From NCBI GenBank assembly GCA_964530075.1, contig CAZGXU010000002.1, positions 1,247 through 65,246 of the forward strand: a DNA stretch of 64,000 nucleotides. Reading direction: 5' to 3'. This DNA comes from an uncultured Thermotogae bacterium (GTDB lineage Bacteria; Bipolaricaulota; Bipolaricaulia; UBA7950; UBA9294). Under the pieces are notes generated by a model that saw nothing but the letters and a program-made list of their open reading frames with translations, searched no databases and was not told the origin of the DNA. The position numbers and the translations under genes were made by a program. Positions within the stretch are counted from its first letter, which is position 1, and each line of letters opens with the position of its first letter. This document shows positions 1 through 7,857 of the stretch, piece by piece.

Positions 1-1820
1 AGACGTTCGCGCGCGAGACGAACGGTCTCTTCTTCCCGCGTCCTTCGGAAAGCGCCCTGACAGATATACTCGAGCACCTCTTCGTGGATATAGCGGCATC
101 AGACATCCTTGTGGAAAAGCGATTCTCCGAAGGTCTGCGCTATGTCTCAGCGAGACCCAGCCCTTCGGATGTTGAGACGATGTCAGATGGTACGACGTCA
201 GTGACTTGGCGAATCGTAGAGCTGCAGGTGGGTCAAGCGATCACTATCGATGTCGAGATCGAGGCCGACCAGAAGGGGGAGTGGAGCACGGACATCGATT
301 CCCTCGTGACGTACACGGATTTCCGTGGCCTCGAGGGTTCGGTACATGTTCCTTCGCAGGTGCTCTCCGCAATCGAGCCGAATCGAGTCCCGGTGGCGAT
401 GTTTGTGTACGAACCCGAGACCGCAACGACTGCGGACACCGTCCGGTTCACCGACCTATCCTTCGACCCCGATGAGGAAGGTAGGATCGTGTCGTGGCAA
501 TGGGATTTCGGAGACGGATCGATGGGGAGTGAGCAGAACCCAGAGCACCGGTATGCCGAAAGCGGGGAGTACACGGTACGGCTGACGGCGGTTGACGATT
601 CCGGTGGCGTGTCGACGGATGCCGTTGTTCATATCAGCATTGCGGATCCCCCGCCCCCTGTGGCGGTGTTCGACTACAAACCGGCGTCACCGTCGACGAC
701 GGATATCGTCTCTTTCATCGATCAGGCGTTCCACCCGGTGGAGGGTGTCGACATTGTCTCCTGGGAGTGGGACTTCGGGGATGGGTCGAAGAGCGAGGAG
801 CAGAACCCGGAGCACCGGTATGCCGAAAGCGGGGAGTACACGGTACGCCTGAGGGTGATCGATGGTTGGGGCCGGGCTTCGATGATCGCGAAGGCGACCA
901 TCGACGTCGCGAGTGCCGCACCGATCGGTGGATTTGTGGTTCGGGATCCACTGACACTGGTCGAGATCGCTCGGCCGCGAGTGGGTGAAAAGGTCTTGCT
1001 CGATGCAAGCACGTCCTACGATCCGGACGGACTGGTTGAACGATATGAGTGGGACTTCGATGGTGACGGGACGATCGATGAAGAATCCAGGTCATCCGAT
1101 GTGGTGCATACGTTCGCCACAGTCGGTGAGATCGTGGTTGCCCTGACCGTCGTGGATAACGAGGGCGTTCGAGCAGAAGTCGAAAAGGCTCTTGAGGTGA
1201 TCCAGACGGTCGTGGCGCAGCGAACGATCGAGACCGGCCTCCCCGACGACTGGACCGTTCCGTCCGGCGTCGCGCACGTGACGCTGAGTCTGAGGTCGAA
1301 CACAACGGTCAATGGGATGTCGGTCACCGAGACGATCCCGGTGGGGTGGACGTTCACCCCGATCGAGAGCGACGGAGCGACCATGCGGGAGAACGGCCAG
1401 ACGATCGAATGGCTGTTCCTGGAGAAGTTCGTCCCTAGTGGCGTCAATTCGAGCCGCGAGATTCGCTATACGCTGACCGCTCCGGACACCGTGAGCGAGA
1501 CGCTTCAGGCGACGATCAGCGGGAAGATCGGGAGCTCGTCACCGCGGATCGCGCAGGCGATCGCCGGAGAGGATCGCGTGACGGCGACATCGGTTCTGCC
1601 GGTCCCCGTCGTGATCTCCCGTTGGGACGTCACTGCCGAAACCCTCGATCCGTACCTCGGGGAGACGATCGCCTTCGATCAGATCCAGTACGCCATGTCG
1701 CTGTGGCTGTCCGGGGAGCCCGTCCTCATGACGGGCGACATGACGATCACCCTGGCGACGATGCAGGATCTGATCGCCTATTGGCTGACTGGAAGTTCGG
1801 TTCACGACCCGCTTCCGTAG
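1..1820 (+). CDS. Surface/secreted protein, 5'-truncated at window edge: vWA-like tail, three PKD domains, C-terminal beta-rich module
   Basis: Frame 3 has no stop from nt 3 to the track start (GTG 84), so the gene enters from upstream. Three PKD signatures lie ~89 aa apart (WQWDFGDGS..NPEHRYAESGEYTVRLTAVDDSG; WEWDFGDGS..NPEHRYAESGEYTVRLRVIDGWG; YEWDFDGDGTID..HTFATVGEIVVALTVVDNEG). The first residues ARETNGLFF..LTDILEHLF resemble the end of a von Willebrand A domain. Confidence 0.8.
   Translation, partial: TFARETNGLFFPRPSESALTDILEHLFVDIAASDILVEKRFSEGLRYVSARPSPSDVETMSDGTTSVTWRIVELQVGQAITIDVEIEADQKGEWSTDIDSLVTYTDFRGLEGSVHVPSQVLSAIEPNRVPVAMFVYEPETATTADTVRFTDLSFDPDEEGRIVSWQWDFGDGSMGSEQNPEHRYAESGEYTVRLTAVDDSGGVSTDAVVHISIADPPPPVAVFDYKPASPSTTDIVSFIDQAFHPVEGVDIVSWEWDFGDGSKSEEQNPEHRYAESGEYTVRLRVIDGWGRASMIAKATIDVASAAPIGGFVVRDPLTLVEIARPRVGEKVLLDASTSYDPDGLVERYEWDFDGDGTIDEESRSSDVVHTFATVGEIVVALTVVDNEGVRAEVEKALEVIQTVVAQRTIETGLPDDWTVPSGVAHVTLSLRSNTTVNGMSVTETIPVGWTFTPIESDGATMRENGQTIEWLFLEKFVPSGVNSSREIRYTLTAPDTVSETLQATISGKIGSSSPRIAQAIAGEDRVTATSVLPVPVVISRWDVTAETLDPYLGETIAFDQIQYAMSLWLSGEPVLMTGDMTITLATMQDLIAYWLTGSSVHDPLP
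531..580 (+). repeat. 50-nt near-identical DNA core of the PKD repeat, copy 1 (partner 798-847)
   Basis: gagcagaacccagagcaccggtatgccgaaagcggggagtacacggtacg recurs 267 nt (89 codons) downstream with a single substitution. Flanking codons of the two PKD domains are much more diverged. Confidence 0.9.
798..847 (+). repeat. 50-nt near-identical DNA core of the PKD repeat, copy 2 (partner 531-580)
   Basis: gagcagaacccggagcaccggtatgccgaaagcggggagtacacggtacg; 49/50 identical to 531-580. Confidence 0.9.
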
Positions 1821-1857
1821 CGGAGCGGGTCGTCGCCCGAGTGAAAAGGAGGGGGGA

Positions 1858-2550
1858 ATGAACAGGAAGTGGATCGGCCTTGCCGGCTCGATCGCTTCGA
1901 TTCTGATCGTTGCGGCCGTCGCGCATGCCTTCGAGGCCGACTTCGATCCTTCGGCCTACAACCCTAACGCCGCGGAGATCGTGAACTTCGAGGTCTGCGA
2001 GCCCTGTCTCGGCGGAGACGGATTTCAGTACAAGTGGGACTTCGACGCCGACGGCGTCTCGGAGATCGAAACGGACGCCGCACTGGTGGCTTACGCCTTC
2101 CCGTCGCCCGGATACTACGAGGTGGTTCTCACCGTCAGCGACGGGAGCGGACGGACGAGCACGCGGCGGAAGGGGATCCTGGTCGGCAGCCTCCCGGCGT
2201 TCGCCGTGCGAGAGCTTCTCAGCCAAGACGACGGCACGATCCTCGTGTTGATCACGATCACCGTGACGGCAGACTGCTCGGCGATCGGCTTTCAGGAAAC
2301 GATGCCGGCGGGGTGGCAGGTGGAGGTCGTCGATGCCGGCGGGTCGGTCGCGCACCCGAACCTCCTGACGAAGAAGCTCGAGGTCCTCTGGGGGAGCCAA
2401 TTCGTGGAAGGCGAAACGCTGACCTTCTCGTATCGGCTCTACCCGGCGTACACGTCCACGCTGCAGGGGCTGAGAGGAGAGATCAGCGGCTATACGGAGG
2501 AGGGGCGCTTCATCGGCCGGATCAGCGGCGAGCTCGGCATGCCGCAATAG
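1858..2550 (+). CDS. Signal-anchored/secreted PKD-domain protein
   Basis: GGGGGG-A SD-like run precedes the ATG. N-terminal hydrophobic segment WIGLAGSIASILIVAAVAHA. One PKD domain (YKWDFDADGVSE..YAFPSPGYYEVVLTVSDGSG). The C-terminal module shares the motif QETMPAGWQV with TETIPVGWTF of the upstream protein. Confidence 0.8.
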   Translation: MNRKWIGLAGSIASILIVAAVAHAFEADFDPSAYNPNAAEIVNFEVCEPCLGGDGFQYKWDFDADGVSEIETDAALVAYAFPSPGYYEVVLTVSDGSGRTSTRRKGILVGSLPAFAVRELLSQDDGTILVLITITVTADCSAIGFQETMPAGWQVEVVDAGGSVAHPNLLTKKLEVLWGSQFVEGETLTFSYRLYPAYTSTLQGLRGEISGYTEEGRFIGRISGELGMPQ

Positions 2551-2588
2551 CCGAACCGAGCGAGAGAACAACGTTGCTACCTCGATGG

Positions 2589-2614
2589 GCGGCGGGAGGA
2601 TTTCCTCCCGCCGC
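2589..2614. terminator. Bidirectional hairpin between convergent genes
   Basis: Perfect 11-bp stem gcggcgggagg / cctcccgccgc with loop attt, followed on the + strand by tcttctcattt. It lies between the stop of the PKD gene (2550) and the stop of the minus-strand membrane gene (2620). Confidence 0.6.
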
Positions 2615-2619
2615 TCTTC

Positions 2620-3141
2620 TCATTTGCGATCGGGACGTGGGTCGCCGCTTGTGGTCTCGGAGCGACGAAGGGCCCTCAGGAAGAGCGCTGCGAGAGCGAG
2701 AGCGGCGAACGAGAGCCCCAGCCCGGTGCCGAACGTCAGCGGAACGTGGATCCTCCCCGCCGCCGCGACGAGGAGGACGCCGAGGAAGGCGACGGGGAGA
2801 GCTCGGAGCGCGTAGGCGAGCGCGAAGCGTCGTCGAACCCCCGTGGAGGCGCGCGAAACCCGCGGTGCAGTCAGCCCGGCGTCCCAGCCGATCAGCGCGG
2901 CGGCCACGGCGCTGGCACAGAGAAGCGGCGGCAAGTGGAACAGGCCGGTCACGCCTGCGACGACGGCGTAGAAACCCAGCATCGCGTGCACGAACGCCGG
3001 TCTGAAGACGGCGAAGGCGAGGAGCCCCAGTCCACCGACGACGAGACCGGCAATTCCGATCTCCGGGAGTCCGTGGACAAACCCCGCCGCGCCGAGGATT
3101 CCGGCGGCGCTCTCGAAGAACAACAGCGACGCGATCTTCAT
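2620..3141 (-). CDS. Polytopic membrane protein, last gene of the MoxR/DUF58 operon
   Basis: ATG at 3141 overlaps the DUF58 stop (ATGA). Sequence is MKIASLLFFESAAGILGAAGFV... with 4-5 hydrophobic helices. The longer track ORF (to 4014) is an alternate-frame shadow over DUF58. Confidence 0.6.
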   Translation of the reverse strand: MKIASLLFFESAAGILGAAGFVHGLPEIGIAGLVVGGLGLLAFAVFRPAFVHAMLGFYAVVAGVTGLFHLPPLLCASAVAAALIGWDAGLTAPRVSRASTGVRRRFALAYALRALPVAFLGVLLVAAAGRIHVPLTFGTGLGLSFAALALAALFLRALRRSETTSGDPRPDRK

Positions 3142-4430
3142 GCGCGGTACCTCCGGACCCGCGAGTGGTGGATTTGCTGGCACGCGACGCGGAACGGCTC
3201 GTCGACCCTCCAGTCGATGACGCTCGTCCCGATCCTCGCCAGGCTGCCGAGGAACAGGTCCATCTTCAGACCGAGGATCCGCTCGGCCAGATCGACGGGC
3301 CGGTCGTCGGCAGAGAGATGTTCCTCGTCCGTCAGGGTCAGCGAATGCGGGCAAACGACGAGGACCGAGTAACCACGATCGACGAGGAGGGCGATGATCT
3401 CGATGTCGTCCTCGTCGACGAGAGGGCTGACGAGCACCAATTGCGATCGGGGCGGGAAGAGGCGCGTGGGGATGAAGCGGAGCTCCTCGAAGACGGCCTT
3501 GTCCCCCAGCCTCGCCTCGGCGAGCTCGTCGAGGATCCGCTCCTGCTGGAGACGCCCGATCCCCGGGAAGGCCCACCGGATGTAGTCGCCGTAGATGAGA
3601 AGCCCGACGTTGTTCCCCTGTTCGAGGAAGTGCGATGCTAGGCTGGCGGCCGCGCGGACCGAGTGGTCGAATGTCGTTTCGCCGTCGAGCCGGGCGTGGG
3701 ACCTCGCGCGGGCGTCGAGGATGATGTTGACGTCCGCGATCCGCTCCAATTCGTATTCGTTGACGATGAGGGAATCCTGGCGCGCGTACGCCCTCCAGTT
3801 GATCCGCCGAACGTCGTCTCCCGGGGTGTACGCGCGGCACCCGAAGAAGTCGAGCCCCTGACCGCCGCGGTTCGCCCTGACCGGACCGGCGAACGCCCGC
3901 GTGCGCTGCGGGTGGATCGCGATCGGATCGATCTTCTCGATCCGTGGATGGACCTTCACGTCCGTGTCGAGTCGGACGTGCGACTCGCGCATCGCCAGGC
4001 CCCATGGGGACCAAACGCGGACCTGGACTTCATCGAAGGCGTGAAGCCCACGCCGGGCGAGGACGGTGTACGAAATCGTCTCGTTCCCCTGGGCGGGGAG
4101 ACGCCCAAGGAACTGGACGTGGCCTTCGCTCGGGGTGAGGCCGGCCGGCGGGTCGTCGGTGACGGAGAGGAGAGCGACGGCCGGCCCTGAGTTCGTCACG
4201 CTCAGTTCGACGTCGATCTTGTCGCCCTCGGTGGCGCGGAGCTGATCGACGGTACGCACGAGGCGCAGATCGGATGCCACCGGCCGGGGCGAGGAGAGCA
4301 TCCTGACACTGACGAAGAGGAGCAACGGGACGGCCGCCGCGACGATCGAACCGTTCAGCAGGAGGAGCCCGGCGGCGACGAGCGCGCATCCGATCCCGAG
4401 GGGAAGGAGGAGGGAATTCCTCGTCTTCAC
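3138..4430 (-). CDS. DUF58 domain protein (vWA-like fold), MoxR partner
   Basis: GTG at 4430 overlaps the moxR stop (GTGA). N-terminal TM pair, then the DUF58 hallmark GLDFFGCRAYTPGDDVRRINWRAYARQDSLIVNEYE..NIILDAR. The upstream 260 aa of track ORF 3138..5210 are a shadow over moxR. Confidence 0.85.
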   Translation of the reverse strand: MKTRNSLLLPLGIGCALVAAGLLLLNGSIVAAAVPLLLFVSVRMLSSPRPVASDLRLVRTVDQLRATEGDKIDVELSVTNSGPAVALLSVTDDPPAGLTPSEGHVQFLGRLPAQGNETISYTVLARRGLHAFDEVQVRVWSPWGLAMRESHVRLDTDVKVHPRIEKIDPIAIHPQRTRAFAGPVRANRGGQGLDFFGCRAYTPGDDVRRINWRAYARQDSLIVNEYELERIADVNIILDARARSHARLDGETTFDHSVRAAASLASHFLEQGNNVGLLIYGDYIRWAFPGIGRLQQERILDELAEARLGDKAVFEELRFIPTRLFPPRSQLVLVSPLVDEDDIEIIALLVDRGYSVLVVCPHSLTLTDEEHLSADDRPVDLAERILGLKMDLFLGSLARIGTSVIDWRVDEPFRVACQQIHHSRVRRYRA

Positions 4431-5377
4431 GGCACTTTCGGAACGGGGACGGACTGGACGACGCTCGCGACGACGTCCCGGTCGGTGACGCGCTTCGACC
4501 AGAGCTCGGGGCTGAGGATGAGGCGGTGGGCCAGCGCGTCGGTGGCAAGATCCTTGACGTCGTCCGGGATGACGAAATCGCGCCCGTCGAGCGCCGCCTT
4601 GGCGCGCGCGAGCTTGATCAACGCGAGCGAACCGCGGGGACTGACGCCGACGAGGACGCTCTGATGGGAGCGCGTGTTCGCGGCGATCGTCACGATGTAG
4701 CGCTCGATGTCCGGGTCGACGATCACGTCCTCGACCGCGCCTCTCATCGCGAGCAGCTCCTCCGCCGTGGAGACGGTCGACAACTCGAACTCGTCCTGCC
4801 TCCGTTCGAGGCGACGCTGCAGGATCTCGACCTCTTCGGCCATGGTCGGATATCCGACGCCGAGGCGGAGCATGAACCGGTCGAGCTGCGCCTCGGGGAG
4901 GGGGAAGGTCCCCTCGTATTCGATCGGGTTCTGCGTCGCGATCACGATGAACGGCTGGGGAAGACGCCGCGTGTCGCCGGCGATCGAGACTTGCCCCTCC
5001 TGCATCGCTTCGAGAAGCGCGGACTGTGTTTTCGGGGTGGCGCGGTTGATCTCGTCGGAGAGGACGATGTTGGCGAACAGGGGCCCTGGAGCGAGGACGA
5101 ACTCGCTCCGCTCCCGTTCGAAGATGTGAGACCCGGTGATGTCGCTCGGGAGGAGATCGGGGGTGAACTGGATCCGCCTGAACTCGATGCCGAGGACCTG
5201 TGCGAAGCACCTTGCGATCAGGGTCTTGGCGAGGCCCGGGTAGTCCTCGAACAGGATGTGCCCCCCTGCGAGGATCCCGTTCATCACGCGGTGGAGGACG
5301 TTCTCCTTGCCGACGATCGCCTTCGATACCTCTCGGATGATCCGGTCTGCCTTCTCACCGACTTCGCGCAACAGCAT
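4427..5377 (-). CDS. moxR: MoxR-family AAA+ ATPase
   Basis: GKENVLHRVMNGILAGGHILFEDYPGLAKT (Walker A variant), VLSDEINRATPKTQSALLEAMQE (Walker B/sensor), FIVIATQNPIEYEGTFPLPEAQLDRF: classic MoxR/AAA_3 pattern of ~316 aa. Confidence 0.92.
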   Translation of the reverse strand: MLLREVGEKADRIIREVSKAIVGKENVLHRVMNGILAGGHILFEDYPGLAKTLIARCFAQVLGIEFRRIQFTPDLLPSDITGSHIFERERSEFVLAPGPLFANIVLSDEINRATPKTQSALLEAMQEGQVSIAGDTRRLPQPFIVIATQNPIEYEGTFPLPEAQLDRFMLRLGVGYPTMAEEVEILQRRLERRQDEFELSTVSTAEELLAMRGAVEDVIVDPDIERYIVTIAANTRSHQSVLVGVSPRGSLALIKLARAKAALDGRDFVIPDDVKDLATDALAHRLILSPELWSKRVTDRDVVASVVQSVPVPKVP

Positions 5378-5974
5378 CTAGACCTCCTGATGATATCGTT
5401 CGAGGTACGCCACCGTGTAGGCGACGGCTTCGATGAAGGACCGCTTCGGCACGCCTCTTTGCCCAGCCCCGCGCGACGCGAAGAACCGTCTGACGAGGGG
5501 ATCGTCCGGCCATTGGCCCGAGGTGAGGAGCCTTCGCGCCTCTTCGAGGGAAAGCCCCTCCCTTCGGGCGATCAGCCGGACGGCGACGATCGACAGCTCG
5601 CGAAGGATCCGAACCCGGCTGACGTGGCGCTTCGGCGCGCGGTCGAGGTCGCGTGCCAGACGCGCGATGGCGTTCGTGTTATGCGGCTTGACGACAGGCC
5701 GACTTGGGTAGTCCGGACGCGGTTCGGATCCGCTCAGCAGACGACGCCACGAAGCCACGAGGACGGCGCACCCGATCAGTAGGGCGATCCCCCAGAGGAG
5801 GGCCTGAGGGAGTAAGGCGAGCGATTGGCGGATGTCGTTGAGTGCCCACGTCAGCGGTTCGACGATCGCCCGCCGGAGCGGCTCGCTGTACAGCAGAAGG
5901 AGCGTGAGGGCGACGACAATCGCCGAGACGCCGACCAGGATGACGAATCGAAGAAGCCTCGCCTTGCTCCTCAT
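5378..5974 (-). CDS. Membrane-anchored hypothetical protein of the MoxR module
   Basis: ATG at 5974 overlaps the stop of the upstream DUF4129 gene (ATGA), and its own stop abuts the moxR ATG. MRSKARLLRFVILVGVSAIVVALTLLLLY (TM) plus a second TM, then a soluble Arg-rich helical C-terminus. No family recognised. Confidence 0.6.
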   Translation of the reverse strand: MRSKARLLRFVILVGVSAIVVALTLLLLYSEPLRRAIVEPLTWALNDIRQSLALLPQALLWGIALLIGCAVLVASWRRLLSGSEPRPDYPSRPVVKPHNTNAIARLARDLDRAPKRHVSRVRILRELSIVAVRLIARREGLSLEEARRLLTSGQWPDDPLVRRFFASRGAGQRGVPKRSFIEAVAYTVAYLERYHQEV

Positions 5975-6849
5975 GTCGCGTACGCCTCCCGGATCGCCTC
6001 GAGGCAACCGATCGCGCGCTCGGCGAGCGGCTCCCCACTGCGATTCCCGTAGCGGACCAGCTCGAAGATCTCGGTCAGCTGATCGACGTGCCGGGTGGTG
6101 AACCCGGCACGATGGAGGGCGGCGGCCAGTTCGCGCGCCGTCATGTGCACGTAGTCGATCGTCTTGCCCCTGCACAGAATCCGCACCATCTCCCGATAGC
6201 AGCGGAGAACGGCCGACCGCGGGTCTCCGCCGAATTGGATCTCGTCGGCCGCCGCGGCGACGGTCTCGAGGAGCTCCTCCAACTCGCTGCGGTCCCCTTC
6301 CTCGACGCGCCGCCTCCAGCGCGGCGCGAGCTTCGCCCAGGCGACCGCCACGAGGACGACCACGCCGATCGAAAGGCCGCTCGCGACGGCGGCGAACGAC
6401 CAGCCGGGCGGAGCGGCTTGTTCGGCCGGCGGGCCCGTGCTCGCCTCCATTAACCCGGTGTCGGACGATTCCGTCGCTTGCGGCTCCGGCTCGGCCTTGT
6501 CGGGCGCGAGCTCTGGAAGGAAGAACACCCAGATGAACAACAGACAGATGATCCCGAATGTCGCCAGGTAGGTTCGCAGCCTCTTGCTGAAGATCGAGCC
6601 GGCGACGCTGAACGCGAGGCAGGCGATGGCCGCGATGAACAGGATCCGCAGAAAGATGGCGTAGGCGACCGCGCCGGTCGGATTGTCGCCCAGGTCGGGC
6701 GTGTACGTTTCCACGTCGGCCGGAGGAGCGCGGTTCGCCTCCCCGGGGCGCAGTTCGATGCGCTGCAGGTTCGGCCCGAGGATCAACAGCAACCCGATCA
6801 GCGCGACCGCGAAGATCACCAAAGACAGATTACGCGCCGTTTTCGTCAT
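5971..6849 (-). CDS. DUF4129 domain membrane protein (paralog B)
   Basis: Start placed at the internal ATG 6849 (MTKTARNLSLVIFAVALIGLLLILGPNLQ) because it aligns with the N-terminus of paralog A. C-terminus AVLRCYREMVRIL..MTARELAAALHRAGF..QLTEIFELVRYGNR fits the DUF4129 pattern. Confidence 0.75.
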   Translation of the reverse strand: MTKTARNLSLVIFAVALIGLLLILGPNLQRIELRPGEANRAPPADVETYTPDLGDNPTGAVAYAIFLRILFIAAIACLAFSVAGSIFSKRLRTYLATFGIICLLFIWVFFLPELAPDKAEPEPQATESSDTGLMEASTGPPAEQAAPPGWSFAAVASGLSIGVVVLVAVAWAKLAPRWRRRVEEGDRSELEELLETVAAAADEIQFGGDPRSAVLRCYREMVRILCRGKTIDYVHMTARELAAALHRAGFTTRHVDQLTEIFELVRYGNRSGEPLAERAIGCLEAIREAYAT

Positions 6850-6993
6850 CGACCGTGGATGATACCGTGACGTCGCAGTCCGAGCCACTTCTCTGCTCAA
6901 CGTCTCCTCGATGGCTCTGGAGACGTGGGATAACCATATTCTGATAGAGACTCGCATAGAAGAAGGTCTCACAATATCCTGCGGCCGGCATAC

Positions 6994-7857
6994 TTAGTGG
7001 CTCGCCGCCGCGGACCGGTTGCTCCTCCGGATCTCCTCGAGACTGGCGACCGCACCCTCCGCGAACGGACGGCTCTCTCGATGGCCGTAGCGGACCAGCT
7101 CGAACAGCTCGGTGAGACGATCGACCGCCTCGATGCGGAGTCCGAGGTTCCGCAGGCGGTCGGCGAATTCCCTCGGTGTCAGCGCCGCGTGCGCGACCCG
7201 CTCTCCCCGGCTGAGCAGATCGACCATTTCACGGTAGCAGCGGAACACAAGGTCCGCGCTCCGCCCGGCGGAGGTCGCCTGCACGGCGAGCTGATCGAGT
7301 TGCCAAGCGAGCTTCCAGTCTGCGCGCCGCGACCGATGGGCGCGCCACCGCGCCGCGACCCAGGACGAGCCGAGAAAGAGAACCGCACACGTTCCGAGCG
7401 ACAGTCCCGCGGCGGCGAGGACGCGGCTCCAGCCCGCCGATTCGGGCTCGGCCGACGCGACGACGACCCGGTCGCGCGTCGCCTCGTCCGGCCCGAGATC
7501 CGTCGTGGATGGAAGTCTGGACGCGACCAGGTCGAAGACGAGGAGCGCACCGAACAGGCCGATGGCAAAGTAGAGCCATCTCCGGAGGAATCGGGTGAAC
7601 AGGGCGCCGAGGAACACGATCGTCAGCGAAGCCGTGAAGGCGAGAAAGAGAAGGTGCCGGACGAATCCCATGTCCACGGCGAGCCCACCGCGTCCGTCCG
7701 ATCCCCCGGATCTGGCGATCGAGTCGTCTTCGGACGAGGGCCGCCCCGGGCCGAGCGCGACGTCGTCGAGGTTCGACGTGAGGATAAGGAGCGCACCGAG
7801 GAGCGCGACGCAGATGGCGACGGGGATCAGTACGCGTCGCGCCTTGTCGCGGGTCAT
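6994..7857 (-). CDS. DUF4129 domain membrane protein (paralog A)
   Basis: ATG 7857 overlaps the aspS stop (ATGA). MTRDKARRVLIPVAICVALLGALLILTSNLD, several TM helices, C-terminus LVFRCYREMVDLL..LTPREFADRLRNLGL..RLTELFELVRYGHR. Confidence 0.8.
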   Translation of the reverse strand: MTRDKARRVLIPVAICVALLGALLILTSNLDDVALGPGRPSSEDDSIARSGGSDGRGGLAVDMGFVRHLLFLAFTASLTIVFLGALFTRFLRRWLYFAIGLFGALLVFDLVASRLPSTTDLGPDEATRDRVVVASAEPESAGWSRVLAAAGLSLGTCAVLFLGSSWVAARWRAHRSRRADWKLAWQLDQLAVQATSAGRSADLVFRCYREMVDLLSRGERVAHAALTPREFADRLRNLGLRIEAVDRLTELFELVRYGHRESRPFAEGAVASLEEIRRSNRSAAASH

